Assembly (NCBI GenBank): GCA_902806375.1
Contig: CADCWK010000123.1
Location: forward strand, 1 to 32,322
DNA from: an uncultured Thermomicrobiales bacterium
GTDB lineage: Bacteria > Chloroflexota > Chloroflexia > Thermomicrobiales > UBA6265
Direction: 5' to 3'
Length of the DNA: 32,322 nt
Part shown: piece after piece, positions 18,682 through 28,555 of the stretch
Layout of the letters: every line of letters starts with the position of its first letter
How positions within the stretch are numbered: the first letter of the stretch is position 1
Notes under the pieces: model-generated
Database searches by the model: none
Seen by the model: the letters and a program-made list of their open reading frames with translations, nothing else
Told to the model about the DNA's origin: nothing
Program-made: the position numbers and the translations under genes

Positions 18682-19776
18682 TCAGCGCTGGAGCGTGCCG
18701 GCCTCCACGCCGGCGGCGACGGCCTCGATCTCCGATCGTTGGACGCACAGGAAGTCGCCGGGGATCGTGTGCTTCAGCGCGCTGGCGGCCGTCCCGAGCG
18801 CCACAGCCCGGCTCAGGTCGATACCGGTGCCCGTGCCGGCACGGTCCGCCGCCGTCGCCTCCAGGTAGCCCGCCAGGAACCCGGCAGCGAACGCGTCGCC
18901 ACCCCCGAGCCGGTCGACGATCTCGGTGTCCACCCACGGCGCCCGCGCGATCTCCCCGCTCGCGCCGAGCGCGTACGAGGACAGGCGAATCCCTCGGCTA
19001 CCGACATTCTTCTTCCGGGGCATCGCGACGACACTCACGCCGAGTTCGGATCGGGTCCGCGCCAGGACGTCCTCGATCTGGCCATCGATCTGGAAGAACG
19101 TCCGCAGCGCTCCCCGCCCGGCGAACAGGATGTCGACGCCCGGAACGATCTGGAGGAAGCACTCCGCGGCGTCGGCCTCACTCCAGAGCTTGCTCCGGTA
19201 GTTGAGATCGAAGGCGACCGGCACGCCGAGTCCCCTGGCCGTCCGGATCGCGGTCAGCGTCTCCGCCCGGCAACCGGGACCGAGCGCGGGCGTGATCCCC
19301 GACACATGGAAGGCCGCCGCTCCCTGGAGGATCGCCGGCCAGTCGAACCGGCCCGGCTCGATCCGGGCCATCGCCGAGTCGGCCCGGTCATAGGTGACGG
19401 CCGACGCCCGCGGGTCGACGGCCTCCTCGAGGTAGTAGACGCCCATCCGCCCATCGGCTTCCGGCTGCCAGTGGATCCCGGCGTCGTCGACACCGTGGGC
19501 CCGGGCCGAGCGTCCCAGCCAGCGCCCGAGCGCGTTGTCCGGCAGGACCGTCACGAAGGTACTCGGCAGGCCGAGGCAGGCCAGACCGGTCGCGGTGTTC
19601 AGCTCGGCGCCACCACCCGAGATCCCGAGGGTCTGCGTGCGCTCCAGTCGCTCGTTGCCGGGCGGGGTGAAGCGCAGCATCGCCTCGCCCAGGGTAACGA
19701 CATAGCCGGCGAACCGCCCCGGCGTGATGTCCCCCCGTGCCGTCCCGCCCGTGCCGTCCTGAATGACCGTGGACAC
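18682..19776 (-). CDS. PfkB-family sugar kinase (2-dehydro-3-deoxygluconokinase-like)
   Basis: PfkB signatures GGGAELNTA and DRLGGGDAFAAGFLAGY. GTG start with GGGGAGGA SD. Confidence 0.85.
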   Translation of the reverse strand: MSTVIQDGTGGTARGDITPGRFAGYVVTLGEAMLRFTPPGNERLERTQTLGISGGGAELNTATGLACLGLPSTFVTVLPDNALGRWLGRSARAHGVDDAGIHWQPEADGRMGVYYLEEAVDPRASAVTYDRADSAMARIEPGRFDWPAILQGAAAFHVSGITPALGPGCRAETLTAIRTARGLGVPVAFDLNYRSKLWSEADAAECFLQIVPGVDILFAGRGALRTFFQIDGQIEDVLARTRSELGVSVVAMPRKKNVGSRGIRLSSYALGASGEIARAPWVDTEIVDRLGGGDAFAAGFLAGYLEATAADRAGTGTGIDLSRAVALGTAASALKHTIPGDFLCVQRSEIEAVAAGVEAGTLQR

Positions 19777-19888
19777 GTGTCCTCCCCGTCCGGCGCCTAC
19801 AGGCTCCCGGCATCCGCCACCCTCTCGGGCGATCCGTCCATCTTTCCCTATGGTACGGCCTGTATCCGCGCCGCGGCAGGGACGTGCC

Positions 19889-19917
19889 TTGACAGTCCCG
19901 GACCGGACCGCAACAAT
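19889..19917 (+). promoter_or_regulatory. Candidate sigma-70-type promoter upstream of the ABC ATPase gene
   Basis: TTGACA, then a 17-nt spacer, then AACAAT, in the divergent intergenic region. Pattern match only. Confidence 0.25.
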
Positions 19918-20093
19918 GCCCGCACGGCGTCACCGTGACCGGTGCCGTCGTGGGCGGTCGACCCGTTGAGCGTCGCGGGCGGCCCCGGACTCGTCGCGTA
20001 ACACTGTGGTGCGCGGGATGACGAGGTGGACGATGCTCCCCTGCCGTGGCACCGGCGTGCCCCGCAGGCGTACGAAGCCGGGAGGTCCATCAC

Positions 20094-21200
<1,107 letters not shown>

Positions 21201-21246
21201 CCGGCGGTCAGTCGCCGATCGAACGTTCAGCATCTACGAATGGGAG

Positions 21247-21278
21247 CGCCCCCTGGCCATCAAGGCCGGGGGGCGTTT
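21247..21278 (+). terminator. Hairpin plus TTT terminator after the ABC ATPase gene
   Basis: CGCCCCCTGGCC / GGCCGGGGGGCG stem (one G-U pair), loop ATCAA, followed by TTT. Confidence 0.5.
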
Positions 21279-21363
21279 CCGTGGCCGCTGGAGACCCGAA
21301 CCGCGTACTGGCCCTTCCATGGCTCGGCCGGCCCAGGGCCGCCGCCCGACCGACGGGGACGAC

Positions 21364-21395
21364 GAAGGCCGCCACACTAGCGCGTGGCGGCCTTC
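21364..21395 (-). terminator. Hairpin downstream of hsp20
   Basis: Perfect 12-bp stem GAAGGCCGCCAC / GTGGCGGCCTTC with an 8-nt loop, 44 nt after the hsp20 stop. Confidence 0.5.
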
Positions 21396-21438
21396 CTGTC
21401 TCTTCCCATTGGTCCACCGGCGGGATCGGTCCCGGACG

Positions 21439-22041
21439 TCAGTTCTGGACGATGGTCTCGCCGACGTCCGCGTGGTGACCCGTACCGTTCGTCGTGGGCG
21501 ACCCGCTAGTCTCCTCGGTCGGGAGCGCGAGCGGCTCCGAAGTCGTGGCGTCGCTGCGCCGGACGGTGATCTGGCGGGGCCGGGACTGGGACGCCTTCGG
21601 GAGGTGCAGGTGCAGGATGCCGTTCTCGAAGGTCGCGTCGGCACCGTCCGGGTCGATCTCGACCGGGAGCTTCAGGCTCCGCTGGAAGCTGCCGTAGGGG
21701 AGTTCGTGGATGTACCAGGTCGCCTGCTTGGCCTCCTCCGACTGGGCGACGTTGGGGAGCTGCCCACTCAAGGTGACCGTGTTGTCATGGACCGAGACGT
21801 TGATGTCGTCGGGACCGAGTCCGGGGACCGCGGCGATGATCACGACCTCGCGGGTCGTCTCGTAGACGTCGATGGCGATGCCGAGCCGGCCCCCGGACGA
21901 GCCGCCGTTGAAGCCGCCGCCCCACACCGACCGGAACGGGGAATTGAAGAATGGATCGCTGAAGATGCGATCGACGGCGTCGCGAACGGTGATGCCGCCA
22001 ACGGGGATAGTCACGACCTGTCGAGGGAGTCGGGTGTTCAT
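21439..22041 (-). CDS. Hsp20/alpha-crystallin small heat-shock protein with about 50-aa S/T/P-rich C-terminal extension
   Basis: Alpha-crystallin domain: AIDVYETTREVVIIAAVPGLGPDDINVSV, YGSFQRSLKLP and ADATFENGILHLHLPK. Confidence 0.9.
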   Translation of the reverse strand: MNTRLPRQVVTIPVGGITVRDAVDRIFSDPFFNSPFRSVWGGGFNGGSSGGRLGIAIDVYETTREVVIIAAVPGLGPDDINVSVHDNTVTLSGQLPNVAQSEEAKQATWYIHELPYGSFQRSLKLPVEIDPDGADATFENGILHLHLPKASQSRPRQITVRRSDATTSEPLALPTEETSGSPTTNGTGHHADVGETIVQN

Positions 22042-22351
22042 GGTGTCGGTTCCTTGCCTCTCCGAACGTGGGCCGCCCGGGACCGGGCCAGCCCATGTTC
22101 CGGGCCATCGCCACTGCTGGAAACGCTGGCGGGTCCAACATGTGACCCGCGTCTGATCCCAATCTTACCGTGATGACCGGCTCGATGCAACGCTTCTTAC
22201 ACGATTCGTATCATCCTATCCAAACGGAAGCATCGGAGTGAGACGGGCGAACGATGGGAACGGGATTCGGCTCGGCAGCCTGGGCGTCCCCGCGGAAGAC
22301 CGGCGTGACCCGTCTCCCTGTCCCTCGACCCAGGCCCCGGCGGGAGGCACG

Positions 22352-22392
22352 AAAAAACCAGAGCGTGATGCGGGATGCGCATCACGCTCTGG
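22352..22392 (-). terminator. Canonical intrinsic terminator (hairpin plus U6) on the minus strand
   Basis: Perfect 15-bp stem CCAGAGCGTGATGCG / CGCATCACGCTCTGG with a 5-nt loop, followed on the minus strand by TTTTTT. It is the only U-tract terminator seen in this window. Confidence 0.65.
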
Positions 22393-22462
22393 CTGGGAAG
22401 GGATGAGGAACGGGCTGGGGCCGATGGCTCGACCCGCATTGGGGGGAAGTCCGTCACTCAAA

Positions 22463-22810
22463 TCAGTAAACGTCGTCCCGCCCAAGTTGGATTCGTCCCG
22501 AGCGAGATCGGTTCCGGATACTGGCCACGGGCGCCGATCCTGGCCGGCACGGCGTCAGCCTCCGGGAACTGCGGCACCCCGTATGGCGACGGGCATGCCG
22601 CACTTGCTCGAGGGCCTGCCTGACCGTATCCCACACCACGAGGTCGATCGCCTCGCGCATGACTGCGCCCTGGCTCGTGCCGCGCCGGGCGGCCAGCTTT
22701 CGGATTTGGTCGACCTGATCGGGCCGGGGCGCGAAGCTGGCGGTCGGGTGCGGACGGGAGCCATTGGAAAGGCGTCGATCCTGGCGAGGGCACCGCTCCT
22801 GCCTAAACAA
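22463..22810 (-). CDS. Possible ribbon-helix-helix (CopG/antitoxin-like) protein
   Basis: The segment ASFAPRPDQVDQIRKLAARRGTSQGAVMREAIDLV fits the RHH strand-helix-helix pattern. However, the start is TTG with no SD, and the C-terminal half is Arg-rich and low-complexity, so the gene may be degenerate. Confidence 0.35.
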   Translation of the reverse strand: MFRQERCPRQDRRLSNGSRPHPTASFAPRPDQVDQIRKLAARRGTSQGAVMREAIDLVVWDTVRQALEQVRHARRHTGCRSSRRLTPCRPGSAPVASIRNRSRSGRIQLGRDDVY

Positions 22811-23048
22811 GCGAACGCAGGGCCGCAGCGGATGGGTCAGTCCATTCCCGGACCCCAGCGACGGGGACCCGACCGGTTACCCGCCGTCGCCACCGTTCTG
22901 GTCCGGACCGTGGTGGGAGTAGCCGACGAGCCGGACCGGACGATCACGTCCGGCTGGTCGTCCGGAACGCCAGGGGGTTGGTACCCTACGCACAGGACCA
23001 GGTGGCGAGCGCCGTCGACGTCGACCCGAGCGGGTAGTGGGTGATCAG

Positions 23049-23747
23049 ATGTTTCGTCGACAGCGGGACCAGGAACGACAGGACCGGGTCGTCGTCATCG
23101 GTCTCGGCCGGTTCGGCACCAGCACCGCTCGGACCCTGGCCTCCCTGGGCTATGAAGTGCTAGGCATCGACATCGATGAACGGCCGGTCACCGAGGCGTC
23201 CGATTTCGTGACGCTGGCCGCCCAGGGCGATGGTACAGATGAGGAGTTGCTCCGCTCCCTGCACGTCGAGGAGTCGGACGTCGGGATCGTCGCCCAAGGG
23301 GAGAACCTCGCCGCGAGTGTCCTCGCGACGATGGTGCTCAAACAGATCGGCGTCCCATGGGTGATCTCTAAGGCAGCCAACAAGCTGCACGGCGATGTCC
23401 TGACCCGGATTGGCGCCGACCGGGTAATCTTTCCAGAAGCGGACGCAGGAATTCGTCTCGGGCACTCCCTGGCCGTCCGGACCATCAACGACTACATCAC
23501 GCTCACGCCAACGGCCGGCCTGGCGAAGATGCATGCACCGCAACATTTCATCGGCCGCTCGCTGGCTGACCTCTACAACACGCCCGATCTCGCCCTGAGC
23601 GTCCTCCTGATTCGCCGCAAAGACCAGTTGATCACGGCACCGTCGTATACCGAGCAGATTGAAGCCGACGACGAGATCGTCGTCGCTGGGACCGACGCCG
23701 CCATCAACCGCTTCAGCACCATCGGCCAGCACCCCAAAGGATCGTGA
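23049..23747 (+). CDS. ktrA: K+ uptake system regulatory subunit, RCK_N plus RCK_C (KtrA/TrkA-type)
   Basis: Rossmann motif VVVIGLGRFGTSTARTL. The length of about 230 aa is typical of KtrA. It is followed by and coupled to a TrkH/KtrB gene. GTG 23037 is an alternative start. Confidence 0.9.
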   Translation: MFRRQRDQERQDRVVVIGLGRFGTSTARTLASLGYEVLGIDIDERPVTEASDFVTLAAQGDGTDEELLRSLHVEESDVGIVAQGENLAASVLATMVLKQIGVPWVISKAANKLHGDVLTRIGADRVIFPEADAGIRLGHSLAVRTINDYITLTPTAGLAKMHAPQHFIGRSLADLYNTPDLALSVLLIRRKDQLITAPSYTEQIEADDEIVVAGTDAAINRFSTIGQHPKGS

Positions 23748-25261
23748 CGACCCCGAATGATCCCGTATTCCCTGCGCTTGGACGAGAACGGCAAACGGGT
23801 AATCGGATGACACCGAGTTCCGGTCCTGAGGCCCGGAGGCCCGGTCGGGCGGTGATCCGGCGCCGCGCCCGCTCGACCAAGGTTATCGACTGTCCTCCAC
23901 CGGTAAAGCGACCGTCGGCCGCGAATCCGCTGGCCCACGCGCGACTGTTTGCATTGGCGCTGACGGTCTTTATCTGTATCGGCACCATCCTCCTAATGAC
24001 ACCCTGGGCCACCGCGCCAGGCCAGCAGACCAATTTTTACGACGCCCTCTTCACCTCAATGTCCGCGTCGACCATCACGGGTCTGGCGACGGTCGATACC
24101 GCGACGCACTGGACGTTCTTCGGCGAACTCGTCATCCTCATTCTCGTCCAGATAGGTGGCCTGGGCTTCATGGTCGGCGCCAGCTTGGTCCTCCAGCTCC
24201 TGCGCCGGGGTGATAGTTTGCGCGATGCCATGCTGATGCGGGACGGGGCCCCGACGCTGACTCTGCGGGAAGCCCTCGAGTTCTCTGGCCGCATCATTCG
24301 TTTCACCTTCGCCGTCGAAGCGGTCGGCGCAAGCCTTTTGACAGGGCACTTCTGGCTTATTGCCGGACAGGCCTTCCCCACCGCCCTCTGGAACGGTGTG
24401 TTCCACGCCATCTGTGCCTTCTGTAACGGTGGCTTCGACCTCAGCACGAACTTTGGGTCGTTCATCGCCTACGACGACTCGATCCTGCTCAACGTCGTGA
24501 TCGCGGCGCTGATCCAGACCGGTTCGCTGTCGTACATCGTCTTCCACGATCTCTGGGTCCGGCGCAGATGGAACACGCTCTCGCTCGACACCAAGCTCGT
24601 GCTAGTAGTGAACGGTGTCCTGCTCGTGGCCGGGGCTGTCATCTTCCTGGTCCTCGAGTGGAATGCATCGCTCCAGGACACTCCCACCTGGGCTCGTCCC
24701 ATGGCGTCCGTCTTCCAGAGTGTGGCGGCCCGGTCCGGCGGCTACGCCACCGTGGACTTTGCCAGCGTCACGACGGTGACTCTGCTGATCTGGCTCGGAA
24801 TCATGGCGATCGGCGGGGCGTCCGGCTCAACCGCGGGCGGGATCAAGCTCACGACGACCGGTGTGGTCTCGGTGGCGGTCCTGTCCGCACTCCGGGGTCA
24901 TACGGAATCCCAGGTCTTTGGTCGCCGGATTGCATCGGCGCTCGTGTTTCGCTCGATGGGGATCATCGCCCTGTTCATGATGCTGTACTTCTTCGTCACG
25001 ATCTCGCTCGCCATCACCGAGTCCTCGATCCTTGGCGAGCGGTTCACCACCGCGGCGCTGCTCTTCGAATCAATGAGCGCACTGGCGACGACCGGACTCT
25101 CGACCGGGCTCTCGGCGGAGGTCTCCAATGCAGGCAAGGTCATCCTAGCCCTCGCGATGTTCATCGGGCGGATCGGACCACTCTCGTTCGCCTACGCGCT
25201 CCAGGGCCGCCAGCGCCCGCCGCGCTACCGGTACTCCGAGGAGCCCGTCAGGATCGGGTAG
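23744..25261 (+). CDS. ktrB: TrkH/KtrB-family K+ transporter membrane subunit
   Basis: Repeated membrane-pore-membrane units with selectivity-filter-like Gly motifs (QIGGLGF, NGGFD, RSGGYAT, ATTGLSTG). GTGA overlap with the ktrA stop. ATG 23807 is an alternative start. Confidence 0.9.
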   Translation: MTTPNDPVFPALGRERQTGNRMTPSSGPEARRPGRAVIRRRARSTKVIDCPPPVKRPSAANPLAHARLFALALTVFICIGTILLMTPWATAPGQQTNFYDALFTSMSASTITGLATVDTATHWTFFGELVILILVQIGGLGFMVGASLVLQLLRRGDSLRDAMLMRDGAPTLTLREALEFSGRIIRFTFAVEAVGASLLTGHFWLIAGQAFPTALWNGVFHAICAFCNGGFDLSTNFGSFIAYDDSILLNVVIAALIQTGSLSYIVFHDLWVRRRWNTLSLDTKLVLVVNGVLLVAGAVIFLVLEWNASLQDTPTWARPMASVFQSVAARSGGYATVDFASVTTVTLLIWLGIMAIGGASGSTAGGIKLTTTGVVSVAVLSALRGHTESQVFGRRIASALVFRSMGIIALFMMLYFFVTISLAITESSILGERFTTAALLFESMSALATTGLSTGLSAEVSNAGKVILALAMFIGRIGPLSFAYALQGRQRPPRYRYSEEPVRIG

Positions 25262-25296
25262 GCGGATCGGTACGACCGTCCGGCCGGCCGCCTACC
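25257..25296. terminator. Hairpin between convergent ktrB and the MFS gene
   Basis: GGTAGGCGG / CCGCCTACC 9-bp stem with internal CGGT/ACCG pairing. It overlaps the ktrB stop codon. Confidence 0.35.
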
Positions 25297-25316
25297 GGTG
25301 GCGGGAACCCCGGACA

Positions 25317-26636
25317 TCACCCGGACCGCGCCAGCACCGGGCTGACCGGCACGGGCACCCGGCGGCGCTCCGCCATCGCGACCGCCACCGTCGCCAGCAC
25401 GGCCGTCGCGGCGAGCATCCCGAAGACGGGGACGTAGCCGCCGGCCAGCCCGTAGGCGATCCCGGCACCGACCGGCGCCGACGCGCGGGAGAGGGTGGTG
25501 AACAGGGAGATCGTGCCGGAGATCTCCCCGTACGCCCGACGGCCGAAGAAGTCCGCCACCAGGGTGGCCCGCGTCAGCGTCAGGGCCCCGGTGCTGGCGC
25601 CGAACAGGACGATGAACAGCACCACGCCGGCTGGCCAGCTCCCGAGGGTGACCAGCGCGACGACCGCGACGGCCTGCCCGCCGAAGACGATGACCGTCAT
25701 CCGGCTCCTCGGGATGAACCGGCCAGCCCCGGTCATCACGACCCGGCCGGTGACGGAAAACAGCCCGTAGGCACCGGCCACCAGCGCGGCGAAGGTGCCC
25801 GGGTGACCCTGCTCCGTCAGGTAGGCGAGCAGGTGGACCGTGACGGCAACGGACGTCAGGGTGCTGAGGACGAAGGCGGAGACGAGCCACCAGAAGGCGG
25901 GCTCGCGCATCGCCGACCGGGCGTCGTGACCGGCAACAGCCTGAGGAGCGACGGCATCCGCCGCCACGTCCGTGCTGTCCACCGGCGGGTCGACCGGGGA
26001 CCCGTCGGGCCGGAGCCCGAGATCCTCGGGTCGCCGCCGTAGGACGAGCAGGTGCGGCCCGATCGTCCCGGCGGCGAGGATGACGGCCAGGACGACCAGC
26101 GCGTCCCGCCAGCCGAGCGACCGGGCGAGCAGGTCGGTCAGCGGCAGGAAGACCGTACTGGCCAGCCCCCCGGCCACCGTCAGCGCCAGCAGCGCCCGGC
26201 CCCGGAGCCGGTCGAACCAGGTCGTCAGGACCGCGAAGGCCGGCTCGTAGAACACCGCCGACATCGCCAGGCCGATGACGACCCAGACGGCGAAGTAGCC
26301 GGGGATCGTCTCGACGCGCGACCAGGCCAGCACCGCCAGCGTCGCGACGACCGAGCCGGTCGTCATCAGCAGCCGGGCACCGTGCCGATCCAGCCAGCGG
26401 CCGACCAGCGGCGCGACCAGCCCGGAGACGAGCAGCGCAACCGAGAACCCGCCCGCCAGGACGGTCAGCGACCAGCCCAGTTCGGCCTGCATCGGGACGA
26501 GCAGGGCCGCGAAGGCGTAGTACAGCACGCCGAACGAGATCAGCTCGGTGACCGCGAGCGTCCCGACGATCGACCACCCGTAGTAGCGGCGGGAACGGAT
26601 CGCTGCCAGCTGGTCCAGCGTGGACTCCCTTCCCAT
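25317..26636 (-). CDS. MFS transporter (OFA-like), last gene of the merR-arsR-flavoprotein unit
   Basis: About 12 hydrophobic helices and N-terminal RRYYGWSIVGTLAVTELISFGVLYYAF. It starts 22 nt after the flavoprotein stop. Confidence 0.88.
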   Translation of the reverse strand: MGRESTLDQLAAIRSRRYYGWSIVGTLAVTELISFGVLYYAFAALLVPMQAELGWSLTVLAGGFSVALLVSGLVAPLVGRWLDRHGARLLMTTGSVVATLAVLAWSRVETIPGYFAVWVVIGLAMSAVFYEPAFAVLTTWFDRLRGRALLALTVAGGLASTVFLPLTDLLARSLGWRDALVVLAVILAAGTIGPHLLVLRRRPEDLGLRPDGSPVDPPVDSTDVAADAVAPQAVAGHDARSAMREPAFWWLVSAFVLSTLTSVAVTVHLLAYLTEQGHPGTFAALVAGAYGLFSVTGRVVMTGAGRFIPRSRMTVIVFGGQAVAVVALVTLGSWPAGVVLFIVLFGASTGALTLTRATLVADFFGRRAYGEISGTISLFTTLSRASAPVGAGIAYGLAGGYVPVFGMLAATAVLATVAVAMAERRRVPVPVSPVLARSG

Positions 26637-26658
26637 CGGTCCGTCTCGTCCGTCAGGC

Positions 26659-28098
26659 CTAACGCGGCGCGCCGAGCTGGATCAGTTGTGGGGCAGCTGG
26701 GGTGCAGCAGGCCGCCGCCGTTGCCGGGACGCCAGGCTCCAGCGTGATGACCTGCGGCGTCCCGCCGCCACAGCAGGCGGCCGCACCGGTCGCGGCGGCG
26801 ACCTCATCGACGGTCGCGCCGCAGCACGATGAGGCCGGCGCATCGAACAGGTTGGTCGAGCAGACCCCGGTCTCGGGCAGGACCAGCCGGACGTCGCGGG
26901 CGGCCACCCAGTCCCCGGCGATGGCGGCGGCGACCGACCGGACCTGCTCGTAGCCGGTCAGCATCAGGAAGGTCGGCGCCCGCCCGTAGCTCTTCATCCC
27001 CACGACATAGACATCGGCCTCGGGGTGGCGCAGCTCCTCGGCGCCGTGCGGCGGGACACTGCCGCAGCTGTGCAGGTTGGGGTCGATCAGCGGCGCCAGC
27101 GCGACCGGGCTCTCGACGATCGGGTCGAGCGCGATGCGCAACTCCGACAGGAGCGAGAGGTCCGGCCGGAACCCGGTCGCGACGATAATCTCGTCGACCG
27201 GCGGGAGTGCGGCCTGATCCCCCGAGACGACGACCCCATCGGGGCTGGGGTCGATCCGGGTGGCCCTGAAGTCGCTGACCAGATCGAGACTGCCGGCATC
27301 GACCATCGCCCGGACCTGCACCCCGAGCAGCCCGCGCGCCGGCAGGCCGTCGGCGTCCCCGCCGCCGAACAGCGACGCCAGCCGCTGGGCCGGACGCCGG
27401 ACCGCCCAGGTGATCGCCGTCCCCGGCACCTCGTCGGCCAGCCGGCCGAGGTCGAGCAGCGCGTTGAAGGCCGAGTGCCCGTTGCCGATGACCAGCACGC
27501 GCCGGCCCGCGTAGCGATCCCGGTCGGCGCCGAGGAGGTCCGGGATGCCGTAGACGATCCGGTCGGCGGCGTCGGCCTCACCGGGCACCGCCCGCCCCGA
27601 CGCACCCAGCGGGTTCGGGGAGCGGATCGTCCCCGACGCGTCGATGACGGCCCGCACGCGGACGGTCTCCGTCACGCCGCCGGCCGACTCGACCGTGAGG
27701 AGGAACGGCGCGTCGTCCCGACCAGCCGACTTCATCTTGTCGAAGCCGTCCCGGGCCACGCCCTCGACCCGGACACCGAGCCGGATGCGGTCTCGCAGGG
27801 CGGGCAACGCCGCCAGGGGTGTCAGGTACCGATCGACCAGGTCACGTCCCGTCGGGAAGCCCTCCGGGTCGGGCGCCGACCAGCCCGACGCGGCCAGCAG
27901 GTCCGCCGCGGCGTCATCGACGACGTAGCGCCAGGGCGAGAACAGGCGGACGTGCCCCCACGTCAGGACCCCGGCGCCGACCGTCTCACCCTGCTCGAAC
28001 ACGACCGGCTCCTCGCCCTGCGCGAGCAGCCGGGCCGCGGCCGCGAGACCGACCGGCCCGGCACCGATGACCGCGACCGGGAGGCTGGGGTTAGCCAT
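26659..28098 (-). CDS. FAD/NAD(P)-binding flavoprotein (ArsO/FMO-like oxidoreductase) with Cys-rich C-terminal tail
   Basis: N-terminal dinucleotide fold VAVIGAGPVGLAAA and a second fold VLVIGNGHSAFNALLDL. The C-terminal 67 aa carry 7 Cys, including three CC pairs. GAGGA SD upstream of ATG 28098. Confidence 0.85.
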   Translation of the reverse strand: MANPSLPVAVIGAGPVGLAAAARLLAQGEEPVVFEQGETVGAGVLTWGHVRLFSPWRYVVDDAAADLLAASGWSAPDPEGFPTGRDLVDRYLTPLAALPALRDRIRLGVRVEGVARDGFDKMKSAGRDDAPFLLTVESAGGVTETVRVRAVIDASGTIRSPNPLGASGRAVPGEADAADRIVYGIPDLLGADRDRYAGRRVLVIGNGHSAFNALLDLGRLADEVPGTAITWAVRRPAQRLASLFGGGDADGLPARGLLGVQVRAMVDAGSLDLVSDFRATRIDPSPDGVVVSGDQAALPPVDEIIVATGFRPDLSLLSELRIALDPIVESPVALAPLIDPNLHSCGSVPPHGAEELRHPEADVYVVGMKSYGRAPTFLMLTGYEQVRSVAAAIAGDWVAARDVRLVLPETGVCSTNLFDAPASSCCGATVDEVAAATGAAACCGGGTPQVITLEPGVPATAAACCTPAAPQLIQLGAPR

Positions 28099-28128
28099 GA
28101 ACGTCCTCACTGTCTGCTAGACGGCTGG

Positions 28129-28146
28129 ATCGACCGATGTCGATAT
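28129..28146. promoter_or_regulatory. Operator-like inverted repeat ATCGAC-CGAT-GTCGAT upstream of the flavoprotein gene
   Basis: Perfect 6-4-6 palindrome in the 88-nt arsR-flavoprotein spacer. Near-identical to the copy at 28588..28605. Confidence 0.5.
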
Positions 28147-28186
28147 TTCTGGCGGAGAACTGACCCTGACGGGCTAACTACCGGAG

Positions 28187-28555
28187 TCAGGTCGCCATGA
28201 TCTGGCGCGCGGCTTCGGGGAAGGCGGACAGGCAGGCCCGGTTGACCCGGTAGTACATGAACGTGCCCCGGCGCTCGGCGAAGACGAACCGGGCATCGCG
28301 CAGGACGCGCAGGTGATGGGAGATCGCCGGCTGGCCGAGCGGGAACTGGTCGACGATGTCGCAGACGCAGATCGCGTCCTCGTTCCTCGCGAGGAGGTTC
28401 AAGATCCGGATCCGGGTCGGATCACCGAGGGCCTTGAACCAGGCGGCGAACTCCCCCGCCTGCGCATCCGACAGGACGGGGGCAAGGACCGACCCGGGGC
28501 AACCGGTTCCCGTCGAAATCCGCTCGACTGGCGATGCCGTGACCATGCTCCTCAT
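28187..28555 (-). CDS. arsR: ArsR/SmtB-family metalloregulatory repressor
   Basis: Winged HTH LGDPTRIRILNLL...CVCDIV...ISHHLRVLRDA. The CVC motif sits at the position of the ArsR(R773) As(III)-binding ELCVCDL. The ATGA overlap with the merR-like stop supports the start at 28555. Confidence 0.88.
   Translation of the reverse strand: MRSMVTASPVERISTGTGCPGSVLAPVLSDAQAGEFAAWFKALGDPTRIRILNLLARNEDAICVCDIVDQFPLGQPAISHHLRVLRDARFVFAERRGTFMYYRVNRACLSAFPEAARQIMAT

Noticed and set aside
22811-23048. Possible ydaO-type c-di-AMP riboswitch in the 230-nt ktrA leader (ACGGGGACCC at 22861..22870, CCGACGAGCC further on)
   Set aside because: Only one short consensus block matches well. The GGGGUGAAUC block and the pseudo-two-fold helices are not recognisable, and the spacing of the partial matches is wrong. 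A covariance-model scan with Rfam RF00379 is still worthwhile, but it is not supportable by eye.
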